A stretch of DNA of 63,324 nt, counting the filler. It is 6 parts of 6 records of this genome, joined end to end, with 100 filler letters (N's around TTAATTAATTAA, not from the genome) between each part and the next. Parts side by side here need not be neighbours in the genome. Positions count along the whole stretch, not along the records: positions 31,255 to 49,097 come from SRR31156797_54248; positions 49,198 to 56,452 come from SRR31156797_54303; positions 56,553 to 63,324 come from SRR31156797_54372; 3 more parts are not named here. One strand, given 5' to 3'. The position numbers and the translations under genes are program-made. Position 1 is the stretch's first letter. Each line of letters begins with the position of its first letter. Under the pieces are notes generated by a model. That model was not told the origin of the DNA. It worked only from the letters and a program-made list of their open reading frames with translations, and searched no databases. Shown in pieces: positions 48,216 through 57,675 of this stretch.

Positions 48216-48842
48216 ATGCACGTAGAAACATTTATCCCCTTTGTTTTGGCAACAGCACTGATCCTTATCATTCCTGGACCAACCATCATCCTGGTGGTAA
48301 GCCAGGCAGTGACTCACGGACGCAGGTCGGTGGTTCCGCTTGTTGCAGGGGTACTTATGGGTGATTTTACAGCCATGACCCTTTCCCTGTTAGGCCTTGG
48401 AGCGTTACTCTCTACTTCAGCAGCCCTCTTTTCCTTTTTCAAGTGGATCGGGGCCTTGTACCTGTTGTACCTGGGAATTAAACTGTGGCGACTCAAGCTC
48501 CAGGACAGCCAGGAACAACCAAAAACAGCGCACACCTCAGCAAGATCTCTTTTTAAAAGTTCTTTTATTGTGACCGCGCTCAATCCGAAATCCATTGCTT
48601 TTTTTGTTGCTTTTCTGCCCCAGTTCATTGACCCAGTCAAACCTGCACTGACTCAACTCCCTCTGTTGGGAGGTACCTTTCTCATACTGGCGACCCTCAA
48701 CGCAGCCCTCTACGCTTTGTTTGCAGGCCAGCTCAGAGAGCACATGCAAAAAAATAAAACCCGCAAATGGTTTAACCGATGCGGTGGTACAGCACTCATT
48801 GGTGCTGGTATTTTTACTGCAGGGATGCAGCGGTCAGCCTGA
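48216..48842 (+). CDS. LysE/RhtB-family translocator
   Basis: IIPGP, KWIGALYLLYLG, LNPK..AFF.AFLPQF. Confidence 0.92.
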   Translation: MHVETFIPFVLATALILIIPGPTIILVVSQAVTHGRRSVVPLVAGVLMGDFTAMTLSLLGLGALLSTSAALFSFFKWIGALYLLYLGIKLWRLKLQDSQEQPKTAHTSARSLFKSSFIVTALNPKSIAFFVAFLPQFIDPVKPALTQLPLLGGTFLILATLNAALYALFAGQLREHMQKNKTRKWFNRCGGTALIGAGIFTAGMQRSA

Positions 48843-49097
48843 AGGTGTAACATTTTTGTCCTACAGCTGTTGCACTGCTACCATTTTGTAGTTTTCTCTA
48901 CAGACTTTACCACATCTTTCCCTCTATCTGGTACCGGCCTGCATTTTGTACAAGTGTTAGACTGTTAAAATGCTTAACACCGATTACAGGAAGACTTAAA
49001 AACGCTCGACAATGCATAATCCAACCTGCCAAGCCATCCCTTTTCCTCAGACATACAGACAGATGCACGTAAATAGGCGACCACCCCCCCCCACCCC

Positions 49098-49197
49098 NNN
49101 NNNNNNNNNNNNNNNNNNNNNNNNNNNNNNNNNNNNNNNNNTTAATTAATTAANNNNNNNNNNNNNNNNNNNNNNNNNNNNNNNNNNNNNNNNNNNN
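49098..49197. other. Artificial contig linker 4
   Basis: N44-TTAATTAATTAA-N44. Confidence 0.99.
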
Positions 49198-49212
49198 TTA
49201 CGGAGGTGCCCA

Positions 49213-49767
49213 GTGATGGCGACCTGGAAGACCCTTAAACCGGCGCAGAAAAAGGCGGCAGGGCAGGTCTTCGATGCACTGTCGACGCTGGATGCGCTGA
49301 TGGAAACCGATCATGAGGCGTCCGCCGGCGGCCGTATCGGTTTTTCCGACATCTATGCCTTCGCCACCAATCCGGCCCGGGGCATGGACAATCAGATGCG
49401 CGAGGCGCTGTTGCAAAATCCGCGGCTGCGCCGGGATCTCGACAAGATGATCGCCAACGCGCCGGTCTATCATTTCCGGCGGGTGGCTGCCGCCAGTTCG
49501 GGCGAAATCGATACCCGCGAAGGCGACGGATTCAAAATCCGCCTGAAACAGTCCCGCGCCGAGGAAACCCAGACCTATGTGATCGTCGAATTGGCCGAGG
49601 GCGCGCCGAAGGCGCCGACCATGCTGTTCGTACGCAACGCCGGCGAGGACTATATCAAGCAGGCTTTGCCGGCGCCCCAGGACGGCGTCATCCAGCTGCT
49701 GGTTGAATCCGATTCCGATTTGGTGAAAGCTCTTCGCGATATTCAAACGGAGGTTTTCATTCGGTGA
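49213..49767 (+). CDS. Hypothetical two-domain cytoplasmic protein, putative anti-sigma-like protease substrate
   Basis: RBS GGAGG; helical N-half, RRVAAAS linker, beta-rich C-half; stop overlaps next start (GTGA). Function is inference. Confidence 0.7.
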   Translation: MMATWKTLKPAQKKAAGQVFDALSTLDALMETDHEASAGGRIGFSDIYAFATNPARGMDNQMREALLQNPRLRRDLDKMIANAPVYHFRRVAAASSGEIDTREGDGFKIRLKQSRAEETQTYVIVELAEGAPKAPTMLFVRNAGEDYIKQALPAPQDGVIQLLVESDSDLVKALRDIQTEVFIR

Positions 49768-51254
49768 GCGCGGTTCGGGTCTTCGTTGCCACGACCGAGG
49801 GGCCGTCCGAGGTCCAGCGAATAACGCAAGAGGACCCGGATGTCCGTTCCGTCGTCTGTTTGAACGGGACGTCCCAATCCCTTCAGATCAGTGCCGCTTA
49901 TGACGCCTTCGTGCGCAAGCCGACCGGCATCGTCGAACGCCTGTTCGGCCATCCGGTTTATCGCATGGACGTCGCCGAACCGATTGCCAACGGCATCAGC
50001 TGGCAATTGCCGCTGCTGGTCGCCCATGCCCTGCACGCCGCCGGGCGGCTGGCCGGCAAGGATACGGAAGCGACCTCGGCGATCTGGCTGACCGGTACGG
50101 TCGACAGCGATTTTAGGGTCGGCGCCGTCGACCATATCCCCGAAAAAATTCAAAAATCGGCAGCCCTGTTCGCCTATCTGCGCGAGCAGGGAATTCCGGT
50201 TACCGTCTTCCTGCCGCAGGCGAACTTGCGCGAAACCATGGGCCCCGAAGGCCGCGAAGCCGGCACCGCGTTGCAGGGAATTCGCGTTGTTGCGGCGGAC
50301 TCGGCGGAAACGGTGATCCGCAAGATCGGCCTGACCTGGGCTGGCCCGGCCGTCGTCGGCAAGGCCCGTAAACGCAAATGGCCGTTGATCGCGGCCCTGG
50401 TGCTGATCGCAGGCTCCGGGCTGGCCGCCTATCGCAACCATGAACCGATCGCGGACTGGTGGCAGCAGACGTTTGGTCAACCGACACCGCCGCAGGTCGT
50501 CGAGGCGCCAAGCCAACCGAATCTCGAGCCAACGCCTGAACCGGAACCCGAACCTGTAACCGAACCGGCGGCACCGGAACCCGAACCGTCGGCACCCAAA
50601 CCCGAACCAGTTCCCGAGCCGGTGCCCGAACCGGTCCCAGAACCCGAACCTGATCCCGAACCAGTACCGGAACCTGAACCAGCGCCTGAACCAGTACCTG
50701 AACCCGAGCCCGAGCCCGAACCGGCCGCAACGCTATCGGCCGCCGATCTCCGGCTCGAAGCGACCGAAAGGCGGGCACCGGGCGCGCGCAGTTGCGCCGT
50801 TACCAGTTTCGGCACCACCGCCAGTTATGTCGACCGGCCGATCGGCCTGACCGAACCGAACCGCTTTACAATCAGCGGCGCCAAGGGCCTGTGCGCGGTC
50901 GAATACCGGGTTTCGAACGGATTCGAAGAACCACTCAACGTCTGGGTCTACGCCGCGCCGGTCGGCAGTCGGACGAAATCGGGCGCCACCCTGTCGGCGC
51001 TGTTGCGTAAGAAAATAGCGCCCGGCGAAACGGCGTCGGTAAGCCTGAACCTGCCGCGCTGGGTCCGTGCCGCCTTCCGCCATCGCCTGATCGTCGTCGC
51101 CACCGCGGCCGAGGACGGCGATTTCGGCTGGATCGATTCCGGCATGAGCGCGATCGAATCCTCGTTCGATTTCGCCCGCTGGGCCGAACTGAGCCAGCGT
51201 ATCCGCGATTCCGGCCTGACCCTGGTCTCGGCCTTTCACGAAATCACACCCTGA
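49764..51254 (+). CDS. Membrane-anchored protein with N-terminal Lon-like (S16) protease domain, Pro-Glu stalk and C-terminal extracytoplasmic domain
   Basis: NGISWQLP (Ser79), [18 protein letters not shown] (Lys128), VFLPQAN; RKRK + TM helix; PE repeats; two Cys in C-terminal domain. Confidence 0.72.
   Translation: MSAVRVFVATTEGPSEVQRITQEDPDVRSVVCLNGTSQSLQISAAYDAFVRKPTGIVERLFGHPVYRMDVAEPIANGISWQLPLLVAHALHAAGRLAGKDTEATSAIWLTGTVDSDFRVGAVDHIPEKIQKSAALFAYLREQGIPVTVFLPQANLRETMGPEGREAGTALQGIRVVAADSAETVIRKIGLTWAGPAVVGKARKRKWPLIAALVLIAGSGLAAYRNHEPIADWWQQTFGQPTPPQVVEAPSQPNLEPTPEPEPEPVTEPAAPEPEPSAPKPEPVPEPVPEPVPEPEPDPEPVPEPEPAPEPVPEPEPEPEPAATLSAADLRLEATERRAPGARSCAVTSFGTTASYVDRPIGLTEPNRFTISGAKGLCAVEYRVSNGFEEPLNVWVYAAPVGSRTKSGATLSALLRKKIAPGETASVSLNLPRWVRAAFRHRLIVVATAAEDGDFGWIDSGMSAIESSFDFARWAELSQRIRDSGLTLVSAFHEITP
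50520..50725 (+). repeat. Coding low-complexity tandem repeat (PE/PEPV units)
   Basis: Repeated CCCGAA/CCGGAA/CCTGAA hexamers encoding about 65 aa of Pro-Glu-rich linker. Confidence 0.9.
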
Positions 51255-51281
51255 TTCTTTAAATTCCGCATGATCGATCGG

Positions 51282-51312
51282 GGCGGGGCGAAAAAAACCG
51301 GCCCCGCCTTTT
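51282..51312 (+). terminator. Putative intrinsic terminator between the regulatory pair and the envelope operon
   Basis: GGCGGGGC / GCCCCGCC stem followed by TTTT. Confidence 0.55.
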
Positions 51313-51350
51313 CATAGCCTCCGGTGAAAACCACCTGACGGGGGTATGTC

Positions 51351-51926
51351 ATGAAGATCATGCATCCACGAACTGTTACACGCATCGCTCCGCGTGGGGT
51401 TGCCGTCGCGGCGATCCTGCTTGCGGTGTCGGCGTGCACCATGAACGGGCAGACCAATCCCATGGAAGGGATCGGATTCCGCGAGGCCCGTTTCGAAGAA
51501 ATATCCGCCATGCAGCAATACCGCCAGTGTCGCGACGACGCCCTGGCATTGGACGAACAGGCCCGCACCAGCGGCAACGCCGGCCGGTATCTGGCCAGCG
51601 CGCGTCTGCTGGAGAAATGCGAATCCGGGCTTGGACCCGAGGTTTCAGGCATCGCCGAGGAAGAACGCATGCGGGCCTATGCCTTGGGCGTTCAGAACTA
51701 TCTGAAGGGCGGCGACATCGAACAGGCCAGCGCCAACTTCGACACCTTCAAAAAGGCCTATGACGGCAAGGACCTCTATTTCCATGACGGTTCTTCCTTC
51801 ATCGAAACCATGTCGGCGCTTCTCGGTCAGAAGCAGGATTCCGATTTCGGCCGTTTCGCCATGCTCAACGTCAACGAGACGCTGAAGGGCGAAATGCGGC
51901 GCGTCCGCTATTGGAAGCGCAACTGA
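51351..51926 (+). CDS. Hypothetical lipoprotein (helical, TPR-like)
   Basis: Lipobox LAVSA-C; helical body with two further Cys. Confidence 0.75.
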   Translation: MKIMHPRTVTRIAPRGVAVAAILLAVSACTMNGQTNPMEGIGFREARFEEISAMQQYRQCRDDALALDEQARTSGNAGRYLASARLLEKCESGLGPEVSGIAEEERMRAYALGVQNYLKGGDIEQASANFDTFKKAYDGKDLYFHDGSSFIETMSALLGQKQDSDFGRFAMLNVNETLKGEMRRVRYWKRN

Positions 51927-51952
51927 CAGCCGCGAACAGAAGGAGACGGCTC

Positions 51953-52861
51953 ATGCAACCCATCTCACGCGCCAATCGCGTGGTCCCTTCCGGCATCGTC
52001 GCCGGGATCGCGTTCGGCATCGGCTTTTTCGCCGTGCTTTTCCTGGCCACTTCGGTGCTGGCGGCAACCCCGTCTTGGCAACCAAGCGCCAGCGAACGCC
52101 TGGTCAAACTGCCAAGCAGCTATCTGAAGAAGGCGGTCGATCGCGATTTCGCCGATTCGGAATTGGCCAACGTGCTTGGCGACGTCAATTCCCAGGTCAG
52201 CCTCAAGGGGCAGACCCTGGGCGATCTGCAATCCGCCATCGACAAGGCGGAAGGCGAAGTCCGGGTTGAACTGCGCCATCAGTTCCTGGCCGAAAAGCAG
52301 GAATTCATCAAGCTGATGGGCGAACAGCAGGATCTGCGGCGCAAACAGGTCAAGACCAAGATCAAGCTCTACGAACGGCTTCTGGCCAAGCTGGAACGCC
52401 GCGAAGCGGGCATGAGCCCGGCCAAGGCCGACCTGATGCAAAACCAACAGGCGGCGCGCCAGCGTTTCGAAAACTCGGTCTCCGGCGTCGACATGGCCAT
52501 CTTCGGCAATCCCGATATGGCGGAAAGCCGCTATTCCCAGGAATTCTCCAAGAACATGGCGGCGATCGAAGCCCTGGTTCAGGCGGTCAAGGAACATCCG
52601 ATGACGGCGCAGCCGGAAATCGACGGCCAGCCGGTCAGCAAGCAGGACTATCTGCGCCAGCTGATTGCCGACAACCAGGCCGAGGTATCCATCCTCGATC
52701 AGGAAGAAACCATCATCGGCTACATGGCCAAGCTGGTTGCACTGGATGCCATGTCCCTTTCCGAAGAAGTCGCCGCTGGCGATTTCGCCGATGACGGTGT
52801 CACCGACGAAGACGGCGAGGTCAGCGTTTCCTCGTCGATCGATTTCTTCATCACCCAATAA
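51953..52861 (+). CDS. Hypothetical exported coiled-coil protein
   Basis: RBS AGGAG; signal peptide ending SVLA; long heptad-like helices; acidic tail. Confidence 0.78.
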   Translation: MQPISRANRVVPSGIVAGIAFGIGFFAVLFLATSVLAATPSWQPSASERLVKLPSSYLKKAVDRDFADSELANVLGDVNSQVSLKGQTLGDLQSAIDKAEGEVRVELRHQFLAEKQEFIKLMGEQQDLRRKQVKTKIKLYERLLAKLERREAGMSPAKADLMQNQQAARQRFENSVSGVDMAIFGNPDMAESRYSQEFSKNMAAIEALVQAVKEHPMTAQPEIDGQPVSKQDYLRQLIADNQAEVSILDQEETIIGYMAKLVALDAMSLSEEVAAGDFADDGVTDEDGEVSVSSSIDFFITQ

Positions 52862-52878
52862 AGACGGAGAACCAAGTC

Positions 52879-53271
52879 ATGAAAACCCTTGGTAAAACCC
52901 TTCTGGTAAGCGTCGCCCTGACCGGCGTCGTCGCAGCCGGCGCGGTCCAGGCCGGCACCCTGGAAAACCTGGAGCGCGAGCGCGCCCTCCTGGTCGAAAA
53001 CCTGTTGTCGCCGGAACTGACCAGCGAAGACCGGATGAAAAAGGTCGCCGTGTCCCAGCACCGCCTGGTCGACCTTGAGCGCATGGTGCTGCGCGATCAG
53101 TCCCTGGTCGGCAAGAACCGGCCCGTCGTGCGCAAGGCCTTCGAAAACTACGACCTGACCTTCCTGGTCCATTCGTCGATCGAGAAGAACCTCGGCCTGA
53201 CCGATCATTGGCTGGACCAGATCGGCATCTCGACGCATTCGCTGATGAACGCCCGCATGGGGAGACGGTGA
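52879..53271 (+). CDS. Hypothetical small exported protein
   Basis: RBS GGAG; signal peptide ending AVQA, mature GTLENLERER. Confidence 0.78.
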   Translation: MKTLGKTLLVSVALTGVVAAGAVQAGTLENLERERALLVENLLSPELTSEDRMKKVAVSQHRLVDLERMVLRDQSLVGKNRPVVRKAFENYDLTFLVHSSIEKNLGLTDHWLDQIGISTHSLMNARMGRR

Positions 53272-53272
53272 C

Positions 53273-53791
53273 ATGCGGGCGGTCCTCCTTGCCCTTGACA
53301 CGGGATCCCGGGCCGCCGCCCTGATGCTTGGCGCGGTCGTCATCGGGCTGGCGGCGGTCGTCATGTCGACGACCTGGTCCGTCGCCGATGTCGGTGCCTG
53401 GGCCGAGCGTGTCTTCGGCGCCACCTTCATCGCCCTGATGGCGGGCCTGATTTTCACCACCGTGTTCTGTTGGGTGAAACTGGTCAAAAGCCGGGGCGAA
53501 GCGGTGTGGATGGAGGCCGGTCTTCAGGCCGCCAGCGGCATCACGACGCTGGCCCTGACCTATACGTTGCTCGGCATCAGCTTGGGCGTCGGCGGCTTGG
53601 CGGCACAGGAACTGACGCCGGAAACCGTCCGCGTCGTGATCCGGGGCCTGACCCAGAACTTCAGTCTGGCCTTCCTGACGACCGTCGTCGGATTGCCGCT
53701 GTCGGCGGCACTTCGGACCGTCCTGGTCGTCACCAATGCCCGGCTGAAAACGCAAACGCCGGGACTTCCGGCCCATAGGATTGGGGAATGA
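53273..53791 (+). CDS. MotA/TolQ/ExbB proton-channel-like membrane protein
   Basis: TLALTYTLLGISLG and FSLAFLTTVVGL align by eye to ExbB/TolQ TM2 (LGLLGTVxG) and TM3 (ALxTTAxGL); two additional N-terminal TMs. Confidence 0.68.
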   Translation: MRAVLLALDTGSRAAALMLGAVVIGLAAVVMSTTWSVADVGAWAERVFGATFIALMAGLIFTTVFCWVKLVKSRGEAVWMEAGLQAASGITTLALTYTLLGISLGVGGLAAQELTPETVRVVIRGLTQNFSLAFLTTVVGLPLSAALRTVLVVTNARLKTQTPGLPAHRIGE

Positions 53792-54456
53792 TCATGCGCT
53801 TTCTTATCTTCAACGCGGTCGTCGTGGCGGCGCTGTTCTATCTTTTCAACGCCGATCGGGACGACATCGCGTCCGCTGCCGATACCGCCCACGCGGTCAT
53901 CGCCCGTGCCCAGGACGCCGCTTCGTCGGCCGTCGACAGGGCCCGCGACCTGTCCGAATCCGGGCGCCTTCAGGAACGCCTTCAGGAATTCACCAAACGG
54001 GTCGACGATGCCGCCCCGGCGAAAGAAACGCCGGCGATGCGGCAAATTCCGACAATGAAAGACGTTTCCGAAACCATCGAACCGCCGCGTCCGCCGTTGC
54101 CGCCGGAACCCGAGGAATCGGGCACCAAGGTGCCGGAAACCGGCACCCGTGTGGCGCAGATCGATGCCGCCCAGGAAACCATTCCGGAACGTTGGATCCC
54201 GGAACGCCCGAAACACACGGTCGATCATTCGGCGGCCGAGTCGGTGATCCCCGAAGTGCCGACCGACGATCCGGCGGTTGCCAAACGCCGCGCCGAGGTC
54301 TTGGGCGGTGCCGAACAAACGCGTCCCGCAAAAGGCGGTTCGGAAATCGCCATTGCCGAGGGCGAATCCCTGATGACGCCCCGCGAACGCCGCAAGGAAC
54401 TTCACAACCTGGCCGAAGACATGGAACTGGTCTTCATCAAGAAGCTCGGCAGGTAG
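53788..54456 (+). CDS. Hypothetical single-pass membrane protein with Pro/Glu-rich linker
   Basis: N-terminal TM (FLIFNAVVVAALFYLF), low-complexity middle, C-terminal helix MTPRERRKEL..LAEDME; start overlaps previous stop. Confidence 0.72.
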   Translation: MIMRFLIFNAVVVAALFYLFNADRDDIASAADTAHAVIARAQDAASSAVDRARDLSESGRLQERLQEFTKRVDDAAPAKETPAMRQIPTMKDVSETIEPPRPPLPPEPEESGTKVPETGTRVAQIDAAQETIPERWIPERPKHTVDHSAAESVIPEVPTDDPAVAKRRAEVLGGAEQTRPAKGGSEIAIAEGESLMTPRERRKELHNLAEDMELVFIKKLGR

Positions 54457-54460
54457 GTCC

Positions 54461-55660
54461 ATGTCCTGGTCTCGCAAACCGGGAAGGATATCGGCGCTTC
54501 TGTCTCTGGGGGCGGGCGCCGTCCTGCTGTTCTTTGTGTTTTCCAGGGTGACGCCGGCAACGGTGCCCGAGCCGGAATTGCAGACCTCCCCAGACGAGAT
54601 GAGCGAGCAGGCAAACCCGGAGGAACCGTCGTCCGAACCGATGGCGGTTGCGAAAATTTCCCTGCCGCCGCCACCGGCTCCGGAAACGCCGAAAGCGCCA
54701 AAACCGGCACCCGTGGCGGAACCGACACTGGAACCGGCAGTGAAGATCGAACCGCTGCGGCCAACGGAAGTCGCGGCGAAACCGGAACCGGCTGCTGAGT
54801 TTGAGCCCCTGCGTCCGGCCGAACCCGAGGTCCAGGCAAAACCGGAGTTGGAGGTGTCGCCGCTCAAACCGGCAAAAACCGAAGCCAAACCGGTCGAACC
54901 GGTCGCCGAGATCCACCCCTTGAAAAAATTGGTCCGGAAAAAACCGTCCGTTCAACCGCGCAAGCCGGAACCCAAACCGGAAAAACGCGCCGAACCGGCG
55001 CCCGAATTTACCGTGAAACCGATGGAACCTCGGCATACGGAATCGGCCCCGGAACCGGAAATGCCGCCTGTCGCCAAACCTGAACCGATGGCGCAACCGG
55101 AAACGGTCCAGGTTTCGGTTCAGACCCGGGGTGCCGTCGTGAAAGAGGGTAGAGCCCTGCTGCGGCTGCTTGAACACGGATCGGGACCGACCATCGAAAT
55201 CGCCTGGCCGTCGGGCAACGGGGCACGGCGACAGCTTTATCGTTCCCTGACCCGGTGTTACGGCATGCAGGCGATCCTCATCGACGGCCACGGCAACCTG
55301 TTCAGGCAAAGCGGCGAACGCGGCCGCAAATGGGAAATCAATCTGGATCGTTTCAGCGGCTTCGTCCGCCAGCCGGCCGGTTTCATCGCCGGCGAGGAAC
55401 AGCGTCTGGGCGAGGATATCCGCCGTTATCACGGACTGGGATACGGCTCCAGCCTGGTCCGGGTCTTTCCCCGGCAGGTCGATGCCGTGCTTCTCGGCGG
55501 GCTGCAAAAACTGTTGGGCGGCAAATACAAGACTTCCGGACTGATCCGGGCGACCTATCGGATGTCAGGAGAAAAGCTCTTTATCGATGGAATCGAAACG
55601 GACGGCGTACCCGTTGACGGCCGGATTGTCTTTTCCGGCCGGCGGGGATGCAAAACCTAA
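54461..55660 (+). CDS. TonB/TolA-like architecture protein (TM, long Pro/Glu/Lys stalk, C-terminal globular domain)
   Basis: TM at about residues 10-27, roughly 185-aa EP/KP-rich region, C-terminal domain of about 180 aa; not recognisably TonB_C. Confidence 0.68.
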   Translation: MSWSRKPGRISALLSLGAGAVLLFFVFSRVTPATVPEPELQTSPDEMSEQANPEEPSSEPMAVAKISLPPPPAPETPKAPKPAPVAEPTLEPAVKIEPLRPTEVAAKPEPAAEFEPLRPAEPEVQAKPELEVSPLKPAKTEAKPVEPVAEIHPLKKLVRKKPSVQPRKPEPKPEKRAEPAPEFTVKPMEPRHTESAPEPEMPPVAKPEPMAQPETVQVSVQTRGAVVKEGRALLRLLEHGSGPTIEIAWPSGNGARRQLYRSLTRCYGMQAILIDGHGNLFRQSGERGRKWEINLDRFSGFVRQPAGFIAGEEQRLGEDIRRYHGLGYGSSLVRVFPRQVDAVLLGGLQKLLGGKYKTSGLIRATYRMSGEKLFIDGIETDGVPVDGRIVFSGRRGCKT

Positions 55661-55679
55661 CAATAAAGGGCGGTGAAAC

Positions 55680-56384
55680 ATGAATGCGGATGGGATCAAA
55701 AGGCTGACCGCACTTTCCCTGGTTTTGGCACTGGCGGCCTGCGCGCAGACCAGCTACGGCCCTTATCGGGCGGGCGGGGCGGACGAATCGGTCATTCCGC
55801 TCGAACGCCGTGTCGAGTTCGAGGTTACCGGCGATTTTTATCGGGATCCGCCGACCTGCGCGATCATCCTGCCGTTCAATTCGAAGACCCAGGCGACGGT
55901 GCAGGCCCAAATGGCCGAAGAAAGCGTCGCCCGCCAGTTGTCGGCGAAGCTCGACCGGGTGATCTGGCCGCGCACCCGGGACAAGCTGCTGCGCCGTTGG
56001 GCCATGGACCTGTCGCATCCGCGGGACCGCAAGGCGTTCGCTTCGCAGGCGCGTTGCAACCATGTCGTCGAAATATCGCCCTTCGGCGGTGAATCCATGT
56101 TCGCGCTGGTCTGGACACAGGAGCGATTGGGCCTGGAGATTCAAATGCGCCGGGCATCGGACGATGCACTTGTCTGGCAGGCCCGCCACAGCGCCACCCG
56201 ATCCGAAGGCGGCGTCCCGTTCTCGCCTTTCTCCGCCGCTTTCAACGCGTTTTCGGTCGGCCGTTTCAAATCTGATTCGGACGTTCCGCATTCGCTTCTC
56301 GACGACGCGGCCAGACGAATCGTCAAGACCCTGCCCGATACGCGGGTCTACGGCTTGGCCGAAACACGCCCGCCCGATTGGTGA
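55680..56384 (+). CDS. Hypothetical lipoprotein (alpha/beta, DUF799/CsgG-like)
   Basis: Lipobox LALAA-C; AIILPF, LVWQA, C-terminal RRIVKTLP pattern. Confidence 0.7.
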   Translation: MNADGIKRLTALSLVLALAACAQTSYGPYRAGGADESVIPLERRVEFEVTGDFYRDPPTCAIILPFNSKTQATVQAQMAEESVARQLSAKLDRVIWPRTRDKLLRRWAMDLSHPRDRKAFASQARCNHVVEISPFGGESMFALVWTQERLGLEIQMRRASDDALVWQARHSATRSEGGVPFSPFSAAFNAFSVGRFKSDSDVPHSLLDDAARRIVKTLPDTRVYGLAETRPPDW

Positions 56385-56452
56385 AAGGGGTTATCGAATC
56401 CGTCCCGTCCGCTAGAATAGACATCGCAACCGCACGCGAGCCCACGCTGGAA

Positions 56453-56552
56453 NNNNNNNNNNNNNNNNNNNNNNNNNNNNNNNNNNNNNNNNNNNNTTAA
56501 TTAATTAANNNNNNNNNNNNNNNNNNNNNNNNNNNNNNNNNNNNNNNNNNNN
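56453..56552. other. Artificial contig linker 5
   Basis: N44-TTAATTAATTAA-N44. Confidence 0.99.
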
Positions 56553-57550
56553 GGATCGATCGCCTGGAGACGCCTGAAGGTCTCGGGACCGTCCATGCCG
56601 GGCATGATCATGTCCAGGACCACCAGGTCAAACGCTTCCCCGGACTGAAACATTTCAAGGGCCGCATCGCCGCTTTGGGCCGTTGCCACCCGGTAGCCGA
56701 GCTCCTCTAACACCTCCCGCCCCATCTCCAGGATGATCTCCTCGTCATCCACAAGCAGAATGGTTTCAAAGCCCATGAGCATCTCCTCCTGGTGGATGCC
56801 GGCGTCCAGGCGATCCGACTCGTCCACCTGGGAGAGAATAATGGAAAAGGTGGTGCCGACGTTCACGGTGCTCCACACCTCGATCACCCCGCCGTGGTTG
56901 CGGATGATACCGTGGGAGGCGGCAAGCCCGAGCCCCTTGCCGTGGCCGTCGCTCATGCACCGGGTGGTGTAGAACGGATCAAAGACCCGTTCCAGGGTCT
57001 CCTTGTCCATGCCGACCCCGGTGTCGCTCACCGTAATCTTGGCAAATTTTCCAGGCTTGAGCCCACGGGATTCGGCCGAACTGTTGACGATCCGGGACGA
57101 TTCGGTGACAATGGTGAGTTCCCCGCCGTTGGGCATGGCGACAACGGCATTCTCAAGGACATTCATCAGCACCAGCCGGATCTGGTGCTGGTCCACCTCA
57201 CAGATAAGGGACTCTTCGCTAAGGTCGGTTTCAAGCTTGATTCCCTTGTCGGACAAAGAAAGTTTTCGCAGGGAGGAGATGACAAGCCTGTTGAGTTCAA
57301 TGGGCTCCACATGGTACTTTCCGGCCCTGGCAAACCCGAGGAGCTGGCCGGTTATCTCTGCCCCCTTGTTTACACTTCGTATGATCTCCGACACATGGCG
57401 GTAAAACGGATGGGATGGTTTCAGGTCCTTGAGCATGAGGCAGGCCCGGCCCTGTATGGCCATAAGAAGGTTATTGAAATCGTGGGCAATCCCCCCGGCC
57501 AGGGTTTCCACTGCGCCCTTTTCGCCTTTATTCAGATGTTTCAGCGTCAT
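56553..57550 (-). CDS. Hybrid histidine kinase-receiver protein, 3'-truncated at contig end
   Basis: LAGGIAHDFNN H-box, N-box, DTGVGM, FDPFYTT, GKGLGL, ILLVDDE...LDMIMPGMDG; RBS GAGGA. Confidence 0.9.
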
Positions 57551-57675
57551 GCAACGTTCCTCACTGTAAAGAAATTGGTTGACCACTTCAACATATACAT
57601 GACGGTGATAGGAAAAAAAAGACCAGGCTGCAATCAGGAAAAACCTGAATTCAGGTCTCGAAAAACCCTATTTCG

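Noticed and set aside
50520-50725. Tandem repeats as a possible CRISPR array
   Set aside because: Degenerate 6/12-nt coding repeats with no unique spacers; no cas genes or arrays seen anywhere in the window.
49198-56291. Many minus-strand ORFs in contig 5 (including Gly-Ser repeat ORF 50477..50818)
   Set aside because: Plus-strand genes have RBSs, signal peptides and coupled starts/stops; the GS repeat is just the reverse complement of the PE repeat.
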